64,000 nt of DNA from Escherichia phage vB_EcoM_PHB05: the sequence record NC_052652.1; one strand, written 5' to 3'. A model generated the notes under the pieces. It did no database searches. It was not told the origin of the DNA and saw only the letters and a program-made list of their open reading frames with translations. Position 1 is the stretch's first letter. Every line of letters starts with the position of its first letter. Shown one piece after another: positions 18,602 through 23,957 of this stretch. Both the position numbers and the translations under genes were made by a program.

Positions 18602-18823
18602 ATGAAACAACATAATTTTTATTTTCGTTGCCGAGCCTGTAACAGACACTTGACTAATCATTCCCGTAGAGACAGGAATGGTAATATTCAAGAGTCGGAT
18701 CTATGCTCGATTTGTACAAGTTTGGCATTCGATGACAGTCCCGAAAGGGTTTATCAACATCAAAGTGTAACTGATCTTCTTCTAAATTACACAGCACCAG
18801 AGGAGGAATTAGATTTCACATAA
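18602..18823 (+). CDS. small zinc-ribbon protein
   Basis: CRACN...CSIC paired CxxC motifs. Confidence 0.4.
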   Translation: MKQHNFYFRCRACNRHLTNHSRRDRNGNIQESDLCSICTSLAFDDSPERVYQHQSVTDLLLNYTAPEEELDFT

Positions 18824-18836
18824 TTAAGGAAACAGT

Positions 18837-18908
18837 ATGTCTACAGAAATTATTTTTGGCTTATCTGTTTTATTGCTATTGTATCTTTTGTATGCGGTTA
18901 TACACTAG
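18837..18908 (+). CDS. very small hydrophobic peptide (23 aa)
   Basis: MSTEIIFGLSVLLLLYLLYAVIH after AAGGAA RBS. Confidence 0.2.
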   Translation: MSTEIIFGLSVLLLLYLLYAVIH

Positions 18909-18942
18909 GTTACAGATCAAGAAAAAATATTGTAAAAACTAG

Positions 18943-18972
18943 TTGACAACATAGCTAGTTATTTGCTAAGAT
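18943..18972 (+). promoter_or_regulatory. promoter TTGACA-N18-TAAGAT
   Basis: Consensus -35 with TAAGAT -10. Confidence 0.45.
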
Positions 18973-19002
18973 AAGCACAAGTTAAACAAAAAGGAGAAAA
19001 CT

Positions 19003-19269
19003 ATGACAGAACGTACTTATGGTAAAGAATTGATTGAGAAGCACGTATTGATTGATAATAAAGGTGGAGCAATCTTTATTTTTGAACCTGAATCAGTTCT
19101 TACTGAAAACGAAAATGGTAGCGTTAGCCTTAAAACAGAAAGTTTGGTAATTGACTTCCTTGCTCTTCTGGATGAAATGGGGCTTCCTCACGAAGAAGAA
19201 GCAGCTATTGCTTTGATTACAGTTCTTCTGGAGAAACGCGAAGCTGGTGAAATGACCCAGTATGCTTAA
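19003..19269 (+). CDS. hypothetical acidic protein
   Basis: 88-aa ORF with AAAGGAG RBS. Confidence 0.45.
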   Translation: MTERTYGKELIEKHVLIDNKGGAIFIFEPESVLTENENGSVSLKTESLVIDFLALLDEMGLPHEEEAAIALITVLLEKREAGEMTQYA

Positions 19270-19276
19270 TATTCAA

Positions 19277-19349
19277 GGTTCCATAGCTCACTGACGAGAG
19301 CGCACACCTCATAAGTGTCGAGGGCAGGGATTGTAACCCTGGGGAACCA
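19277..19349 (+). tRNA. tRNA-like, anticodon CAU (Met/Ile2-type), atypical D and T loops
   Basis: Hand-folded cloverleaf; anticodon loop CTCATAA; T-loop ATTGTAA and D-loop without GG; CCA follows. Confidence 0.35.
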
Positions 19350-19383
19350 CCATTTAAAAGGAGGTGCTATGCATCTCCTATAT

Positions 19384-19469
19384 GCAAGTGTGGTGGAATT
19401 GGTGATACACATTGTGCTTAAAACGCAACGCTTAAATGATTGAGGGTTCGAATCCCTCCACTTGCACCA
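19384..19469 (+). tRNA. tRNA-Leu (anticodon UAA), type II, CCA encoded
   Basis: Acceptor GCAAGTG/CACTTGC, T-arm GAGGGTTCGAATCCCTC, anticodon loop CTTAAAA. Confidence 0.65.
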
Positions 19470-19471
19470 AC

Positions 19472-19577
19472 GCCTAGTAGGGTATTTGGTAATTCCGAGG
19501 CCATCAAAGCCTGAAAAATATGTTAGACCGCTTTGTCTAACTAAATACGAAATATGGTTCGATTCCATAACTAGGCT
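19472..19577 (+). tRNA. 106-nt tRNA-like element, anticodon loop CATCAAA (UCA), 6-bp D-stem with 4-nt loop, 39-nt extra arm
   Basis: Perfect acceptor GCCTAGT/ACTAGGC and canonical T-arm TATGGTTCGATTCCATA; internal 7-bp hairpin GTTAGAC/GTCTAAC. Confidence 0.35.
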
Positions 19578-19610
19578 TCAATTTAAATAATAATTTTTAG
19601 TAAAAATATC

Positions 19611-19639
19611 TTGACATTCACTTAGTTTTTTGTTATAGT
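19611..19639 (+). promoter_or_regulatory. promoter TTGACA-N17-TATAGT inside tRNA cluster
   Basis: Strong hexamers immediately upstream of the tRNA at 19651. Confidence 0.5.
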
Positions 19640-19650
19640 TGCTTTGAAAA

Positions 19651-19729
19651 CGGGGTGTATCTCACCTGACTTCTAATCAGGCGTTAACCGAGTAATTGGA
19701 GTATGCAGGTTCGAATCCTGTCACCCCGA
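19651..19729 (+). tRNA. tRNA-Arg-like (anticodon UCU) without a conventional D-arm
   Basis: Perfect acceptor CGGGGTG/CACCCCG, anticodon arm CCTGA-CTTCTAA-TCAGG, T-arm GCAGGTTCGAATCCTGT, CCA encoded; only 5 nt where D-arm should be. Confidence 0.4.
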
Positions 19730-19751
19730 CCAAAAAGTTTTTAAAAACTAC

Positions 19752-19781
19752 TTGACAAGCAAGATAGTTTTATGTTAGATT
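19752..19781 (+). promoter_or_regulatory. promoter candidate TTGACA-N18-TAGATT
   Basis: Consensus -35, moderate -10. Confidence 0.35.
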
Positions 19782-19796
19782 TAAAGTATGATAACG

Positions 19797-19883
19797 GGAA
19801 GGTAGGGCGCAGCGGTGCGCAACCAGGTTTGAACCCTGGCCCATTGTAGCGATACGGTGATGGTTCGACTCCATTATCTTCCT
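19797..19883 (+). tRNA. tRNA-Ser (anticodon UGA), type II
   Basis: Acceptor GGAAGGT/ATCTTCC, anticodon loop TTTGAAC, long variable arm, T-arm GATGGTTCGACTCCATT, CCA encoded. Confidence 0.65.
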
Positions 19884-19904
19884 CCAAATTCAACTAGGAG
19901 CTTT

Positions 19905-20057
19905 ATGAATTATAAAACTATTGGACAGGTTGTTACAGGAGTTAAGATTGTAGATAATAAGGTTGTTTATGAGTATTCTAATCTTCAACAATCTGAAGAT
20001 GGTAAGAATATTCGTATGGTAAAAGCAGAACAAAAAGACTCCGGTTGTTTTGAATAA
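19905..20057 (+). CDS. small hypothetical protein embedded in tRNA cluster
   Basis: 50-aa ORF MNYKTIGQVV... after AGGAG RBS. Confidence 0.35.
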   Translation: MNYKTIGQVVTGVKIVDNKVVYEYSNLQQSEDGKNIRMVKAEQKDSGCFE

Positions 20058-20065
20058 TTAAGAAC

Positions 20066-20148
20066 GGTAGATTGGTGAAATGGTAGCCACAACAGTTTGC
20101 TAAACTGTCGTCGGAAACGGCGTGTAGGTTCAAGTCCTACATCTACCG
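20066..20148 (+). tRNA. tRNA-Ser (anticodon GCU), type II
   Basis: Acceptor GGTAGAT/ATCTACC, anticodon loop TTGCTAA, T-arm GTAGGTTCAAGTCCTAC, CCA encoded. Confidence 0.65.
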
Positions 20149-20277
20149 CCAAGTTATCTTTAATGTAGCTTGTAATCTTACTTTAATAGAGTAAATCTTC
20201 GGCAAGTGGCGGTAACCACTTTACCGATATCCCATAGTCAAGTGCCGCAAACACTGGCTATTTTAAAGATAATTTAT

Positions 20278-20350
20278 ACATCGTTAGCTCAGTTGGTAGA
20301 GCAAGGGGCTTTTAACTCCAAGGTCGAAGGTTCGAATCCTTCACGATGTA
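20278..20350 (+). tRNA. tRNA-Lys (anticodon UUU)
   Basis: D-arm GCTCAGTTGGTAGAGC, anticodon loop CTTTTAA, T-arm GAAGGTTCGAATCCTTC, CCA encoded. Confidence 0.65.
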
Positions 20351-20358
20351 CCAAACAC

Positions 20359-20442
20359 GTAGGTATCGCATAGCGGCAATTGCTGGAGACTGTAAATCTC
20401 CTGCCCTTCGGGGCTTCGTTGGTTCGAGTCCAACTACCTGCA
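20359..20442 (+). tRNA. tRNA-Tyr (anticodon GUA), type II
   Basis: Anticodon arm GGAGA-CTGTAAA-TCTCC, T-arm GTTGGTTCGAGTCCAAC, CCA encoded. Confidence 0.65.
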
Positions 20443-20452
20443 CCAAATTAAA

Positions 20453-20534
20453 GATGGATTGGCCTAGTGGTTGGGCGACGGACTGTTAATCCGTGAACGA
20501 AAGTTCTAGCAAGGTTCAAATCCTTGATCCATCG
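20453..20534 (+). tRNA. tRNA-Asn (anticodon GUU) with unusually long variable arm
   Basis: Perfect acceptor GATGGAT/ATCCATC, anticodon arm ACGGA-CTGTTAA-TCCGT, 15-nt variable region with GAAC-GAAA-GTTC hairpin, T-arm CAAGGTTCAAATCCTTG. Confidence 0.5.
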
Positions 20535-20544
20535 CCAGAATTAT

Positions 20545-20621
20545 GGACTTGTAGAGTTAAGGTAAACCCCCAGTCGCCAAGAGGCTTCTGGAATTGCAGG
20601 TATCGAATCCTGCCGAGTCCA
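20545..20621 (+). tRNA. tRNA-like element with T-arm and acceptor pairing but no clear anticodon arm (possible pseudo-tRNA)
   Basis: Acceptor GGACTTG/CGAGTCC, T-arm GCAGGTATCGAATCCTGC with 8-nt loop; no CCA. Confidence 0.25.
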
Positions 20622-20627
20622 AGTATT

Positions 20628-20698
20628 GCTCCTATCGTATAACGGCTATTACGGTTGCCTTGTAAGCAACTTATCAGGGTTCGAGTCCTTGTGGGAGC
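20628..20698 (+). tRNA. tRNA-Thr (anticodon UGU)
   Basis: Anticodon arm GTTGC-CTTGTAA-GCAAC, T-arm CAGGGTTCGAGTCCTTG, CCA encoded. Confidence 0.65.
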
Positions 20699-20719
20699 AC
20701 CAATTTTAACTCTAAAGGA

Positions 20720-21049
20720 GTGTATGTGACAGAAAAAGAGTTAGAGAAATATTTTAATATCAATGTTTTCGATGGTTTTGATGATATTGAAGATGTTGAA
20801 AGATATTATGAAGTAGAGTTAGATAAGGATAACATTGTAATTCTTTCTGCCACTTATGATTGTGCATATTATGAAGGTGAATCTCACGTTTATTTTTATG
20901 ATATGAAAACATCTTTGTTTTATGAAGTACACGCATATCATTGTTCTTGTTATGGCTTAGAAGGTCAGTGGGAACCTGAAGAAATAGGTGATTTGGATTT
21001 TACTATTGCATATCTAAACAGACGTGGTGCATCTACTATTTTAAAATAA
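20720..21049 (+). CDS. hypothetical protein
   Basis: 109-aa ORF with GTG start after AAAGGAG. Confidence 0.45.
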   Translation: MYVTEKELEKYFNINVFDGFDDIEDVERYYEVELDKDNIVILSATYDCAYYEGESHVYFYDMKTSLFYEVHAYHCSCYGLEGQWEPEEIGDLDFTIAYLNRRGASTILK

Positions 21050-21063
21050 ATATCAAAAGCCTC

Positions 21064-21093
21064 TTGACAAAGGGGCTAATAATATGTTAGAGT
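21064..21093 (+). promoter_or_regulatory. promoter TTGACA-N18-TAGAGT
   Basis: Same hexamer pair as the prs promoter. Confidence 0.45.
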
Positions 21094-21104
21094 AATATTG
21101 TTAA

Positions 21105-21176
21105 GCGGGTATAGTGTTAATGGTAGCATATGAGGTTTCCACCCTCCAGGTGCAGGTTCAAGTCCTGTTACTCGCT
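21105..21176 (+). tRNA. tRNA-Gly (anticodon UCC)
   Basis: Anticodon loop TTTCCAC, T-arm GCAGGTTCAAGTCCTGT, CCA encoded. Confidence 0.6.
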
Positions 21177-21278
21177 CCAAGATTATTTAAATGGAATCGC
21201 TAGAGAAAATTTCTCTTTTCGCTCATGGTTTTCTCCTTCAAACTCTAGCGGTTCTTTTTAAGTGATTTTTAGTTTTAT

Positions 21279-21350
21279 TGGAGATTAGCCTAGTGGGAAG
21301 GCAACGGCCTTTGAAGTCGTGATGACTAGGTTCGATTCCTAGATCTCCAG
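21279..21350 (+). tRNA. tRNA-Gln (anticodon UUG)
   Basis: U1-A72 acceptor, anticodon arm ACGGC-CTTTGAA-GTCGT, T-arm CTAGGTTCGATTCCTAG, CCA encoded. Confidence 0.65.
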
Positions 21351-21360
21351 CCAGTATTTA

Positions 21361-21433
21361 CAGTGCGTAGCGCAGTTGGTAGCGTGGGAGCTTTGGATGC
21401 TTCGGGTCGCAGGTTCGAGTCCTGCCGCACTGA
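21361..21433 (+). tRNA. tRNA-Pro (anticodon UGG)
   Basis: C1-G72 acceptor, D-arm GCGCAGTTGGTAGCGT, anticodon loop TTTGGAT, T-arm GCAGGTTCGAGTCCTGC, CCA encoded. Confidence 0.65.
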
Positions 21434-21441
21434 CCAAATTT

Positions 21442-21513
21442 GCAGAGATAGCTGAGACGGATTAGTGCTACCCTGAAAAGGTAGAAAGGATGGATCGTTA
21501 CCATCTCTCTGCA
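21442..21513 (+). tRNA. tRNA-Phe (anticodon GAA)
   Basis: Anticodon arm CTACC-CTGAAAA-GGTAG, T-loop ATCGTTA (non-canonical), CCA encoded. Confidence 0.55.
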
Positions 21514-21593
21514 CCAAATAACACCATCCAAGGAGTAGACTTGGTTAACTGTCAATAGCACATTGAGGCTTCTTACAGTGGTGTGCTTATTAT

Positions 21594-21674
21594 GGCTAAG
21601 TGGTGGAATGGTATACACGATACGCTTAGAACGTATTGCCCCAAGGGATTGTGAGTTCGAGTCTCACCTTAGCT
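21594..21674 (+). tRNA. tRNA-Leu (anticodon UAG), type II
   Basis: Anticodon arm ATACG-CTTAGAA-CGTAT, T-arm GTGAGTTCGAGTCTCAC, CCA encoded. Confidence 0.6.
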
Positions 21675-21765
21675 ACCATATCTAAGAGATATCATAGGGT
21701 TTGCAACGGATATCTACCGTCCTGTTAAGGATACCACGCCAAGACGGGTTATAAAGGGTTAGCCA

Positions 21766-21838
21766 TTGATAGTGTGAAGCTGGCGTTTCGAGTGCTTTCA
21801 TAAGGCATTGCGAGAAGAGTTCGATTCTCTTACTATCA
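21766..21838 (+). tRNA. tRNA with anticodon CAU (Met or Ile2)
   Basis: Anticodon loop TTCATAA, T-arm AAGAGTTCGATTCTCTT, CCA encoded. Confidence 0.55.
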
Positions 21839-21856
21839 ACCAAATTACTACAGATT

Positions 21857-21932
21857 GCGCGGGATAGAGGAGTCTGGTCGTCCTCGCCAGTTTCATATGC
21901 TGGAGATCATCGGTTCGAATCCGATTCCCGCC
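21857..21932 (+). tRNA. tRNA with anticodon CAU (Met or Ile2)
   Basis: D-arm GAGG...CCTC, anticodon arm CCAGT-TTCATAT-GCTGG, T-arm ATCGGTTCGAATCCGAT, CCA encoded; position 1 mismatched. Confidence 0.55.
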
Positions 21933-21993
21933 TCCATTAAATACCTCCCTTCTGGTGTAATGATTAAATTGCATTGACACTTCAAGGAACTCA

Positions 21994-22073
21994 TAGCCGG
22001 GTAGATTTAAAAGAGTATGGTACTCAATATGGCTCCAAACCATAGATCAAGGGGTTCGATTCCTCACCTTGCT
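21994..22073 (+). tRNA. tRNA-Trp-like (anticodon CCA), atypical 5' half
   Basis: Anticodon arm TATGG-CTCCAAA-CCATA and T-arm GGGGTTCGATTCC are clear; acceptor and D region do not fold canonically by hand. Confidence 0.4.
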
Positions 22074-22081
22074 GCCAATTA

Positions 22082-22154
22082 TTGTGGTATCGTACAGATG
22101 GTTAGTACACTCGACCGATAATCGAGAAACAACGGTTCGACTCCGTTTACCACG
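22082..22154 (+). tRNA. tRNA-Ile (anticodon GAU)
   Basis: D-arm GTAC...GTAC, anticodon arm CTCGA-CCGATAA-TCGAG, T-arm AACGGTTCGACTCCGTT, CCA encoded. Confidence 0.6.
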
Positions 22155-22159
22155 ACCAA

Positions 22160-22236
22160 ACTCCGTGCCAGCGGTGTCTTCGAAGAACAAGCCTAGTTCC
22201 TTCTGAGATGGAGGGGTGCGACTCCTTAACGCACAT
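22160..22236 (+). tRNA. tRNA-like element (T-arm variant GGTGCGACTCC); anticodon unresolved, possibly GCC
   Basis: T-arm differs from neighbouring GGTTCGACTCC by one substitution; CCA-like end at 22237-22239. Confidence 0.25.
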
Positions 22237-22269
22237 ACCACTACTACTAAATACTTATCAGGAGATATT

Positions 22270-22539
22270 ATGTATACTTTAAAAGTAATTCGCAAGTTTC
22301 CTCAAGAAGAGGAAGTAAGAATTTATAACACTGTACCCTTCGTAGTAAATGAAGAAGAATTCTTTTATTGCTTAGAAGATGAAGTAATTATTCAATATCA
22401 TTGGGAAGGTTACGACAGACAAGATGGTGTTGTAGCTTCTGTGATTGCTGGTGAAAGAGTGTTATTCATTCACAAAACTGAATCAGCATATTTAATGAAT
22501 GATAAAGGACAAACTGTTAAAGTAATTAACAGACCATAA
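22270..22539 (+). CDS. hypothetical protein
   Basis: ATG at 22270 after AGGAGA; 89 aa. Confidence 0.45.
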   Translation: MYTLKVIRKFPQEEEVRIYNTVPFVVNEEEFFYCLEDEVIIQYHWEGYDRQDGVVASVIAGERVLFIHKTESAYLMNDKGQTVKVINRP

Positions 22540-22552
22540 AGAATTTTATAAA

Positions 22553-22576
22553 AGCCTCCTTTTTGGAGGTTTTTTA
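22553..22576 (+). terminator. intrinsic terminator
   Basis: GCCTCC-TTTTT-GGAGG hairpin followed by TTTTTTATT. Confidence 0.6.
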
Positions 22577-22645
22577 TTATCTGTAAAATAAAGATCTTTA
22601 CAAAACGTATAAAATATGTTATCCTTAAGTAAGGAGGTGCATATT

Positions 22646-22936
22646 ATGCCTAAATTGAAAAGAGGTCGAGGTAGACCTACAGCCGAAATGCAACAGATTT
22701 ATGCTATGGATGCTGCACAGGCGCAAGTAAAAGAAATTTTTGCTGGTCGTTATTTAGATGCTATGCGTTACATTGCAGATCTTGTTGTAGATGAAAAGGC
22801 TTCTGCTAATATCAAGTTGACTGCTTCTAAGATCATCAAAGAACAAGTAGAAGAATGGCTGGAAGAACATTATGAATCTATGGAAGAAGAAGATATTCTT
22901 CCAGAAAATTCTCCCCCTCAAAAAATCGTTATCTAA
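22646..22936 (+). CDS. hypothetical protein with basic N-terminus (candidate small terminase or DNA-binding protein)
   Basis: ATG at 22646 after AAGGAGG; MPKLKRGRGRP N-terminus; lies upstream of lysis/packaging genes. Confidence 0.35.
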   Translation: MPKLKRGRGRPTAEMQQIYAMDAAQAQVKEIFAGRYLDAMRYIADLVVDEKASANIKLTASKIIKEQVEEWLEEHYESMEEEDILPENSPPQKIVI

Positions 22937-22983
22937 TTCTCCTCTCTTGGGAACTTTGTTCCCCCTCTCCTTGTTAATTAACA

Positions 22984-23012
22984 CCCCTTTCCGAAAGGTT
23001 AGGGGGTTTTTT
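22984..23012 (+). terminator. intrinsic terminator
   Basis: CCCCT...AGGGGG stem enclosing CC-GAAA-GG, followed by TTTTTTATTT. Confidence 0.55.
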
Positions 23013-23073
23013 ATTTATACCTATTGCTTTTATATATGTTTTTATGATATGATTAATACAGGAGGACTATAAA

Positions 23074-23247
23074 ATGAGAAACTATGTAGCTAAACACGAT
23101 TTCAATAGGGCTTCTTATCACAGAGATAAGAAGAATAGTTATTCGCGTAAATGGGATCTGGAGGAAGAGTTAGATTATGATTACAGAAGAACAATGGAAG
23201 GAGATTTTGGAGAATGCACAACCGATGGTAGTGAAGAAGATAGTTAA
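23074..23247 (+). CDS. small hypothetical protein
   Basis: 57-aa ORF after AGGAGG RBS. Confidence 0.25.
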   Translation: MRNYVAKHDFNRASYHRDKKNSYSRKWDLEEELDYDYRRTMEGDFGECTTDGSEEDS

Positions 23248-23282
23248 TAATTCACCGAGTCTCCCTAAAGTAAAATTTAAAG

Positions 23283-23714
23283 ATGATGATACTGACTATG
23301 TTAATAAACCTACTGAAGAATAAATGGGTTAGGTATTTTGTTCTTATTATAGCATTGTTTGGTGGTTTGTATGTTGGTTTAAACAAATTACACGATGATG
23401 TGTATGCACAAGGCTACAACGCAGGTGTTGCTAAACAAGAACAAATATTACAACAAAACCAAATTAAAGCAAAACAGCAATTCGATATTTTACAAGCAAA
23501 AGCAGATTCAGAAAGATCTAAATTGAATGAAAAAATTCATTCATTAACGAAAGAAAAAAATGATCTTCTTATACAATTGGATAAGAAGAGTAATAACATA
23601 ACACAAGAGAGAATAGATTATGCGAAAACATCTTCTGGCGCTATGTCTTGTTTTAGCCCTAATGATGACGGGTTGCGCATCATCAACAACAGCTTCCCAG
23701 CCTCTACTGATTGA
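23283..23714 (+). CDS. i-spanin (Rz-like)
   Basis: N-terminal transmembrane segment WVRYFVLIIALFGGLYVGL followed by coiled-coil-rich periplasmic region; contains the start of the o-spanin gene in another frame. Confidence 0.5.
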   Translation: MMILTMLINLLKNKWVRYFVLIIALFGGLYVGLNKLHDDVYAQGYNAGVAKQEQILQQNQIKAKQQFDILQAKADSERSKLNEKIHSLTKEKNDLLIQLDKKSNNITQERIDYAKTSSGAMSCFSPNDDGLRIINNSFPASTD

Positions 23715-23949
23715 GCAGTGTAAAGCTGTAGCAACACAACAAATAAAAGCCCCTGATTCTGTTAGTATGGAGAAACCATCTACCCCTGTTTTATATACTC
23801 CTAATCAAATAAAGAAAGGAGTTACAAGATCAGAGGTAGTTGATAATCAAACTTTAAACAACGCTTTGTGGGAAAAAGATAGGATAAAACTTATCAGTTT
23901 GCAAAACTATATTAAAACATTACAAAGCGAAGGAATAATTTCTAATTAG
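23620..23949 (+). CDS. o-spanin (Rz1-like outer-membrane lipoprotein)
   Basis: Lipoprotein signal LALMMTGC with lipobox Cys; start embedded in i-spanin gene. Confidence 0.5.
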   Translation: MRKHLLALCLVLALMMTGCASSTTASQPLLIEQCKAVATQQIKAPDSVSMEKPSTPVLYTPNQIKKGVTRSEVVDNQTLNNALWEKDRIKLISLQNYIKTLQSEGIISN

Positions 23950-23957
23950 GAGGAGAT

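Noticed and set aside
19270-22250. Repeated GGTTCGAATCC-like motifs at roughly 80-100 bp spacing, superficially resembling a CRISPR array
   Set aside because: Each unit folds as a tRNA with acceptor stem and anticodon loop; repeats are T-arms, spacing is irregular and no cas genes are present
19270-22250. tRNA genes as prophage attachment sites (integration hotspot)
   Set aside because: No integrase, excisionase or repressor genes in the window; the tRNAs form a dense phage-encoded cluster with phage promoters rather than a single host tRNA flanked by att repeats
21326-22295. Several 60-90-aa ORFs on both strands across the tRNA cluster
   Set aside because: They overlap tRNA genes, are rich in residues derived from tRNA stems, and lack RBSs
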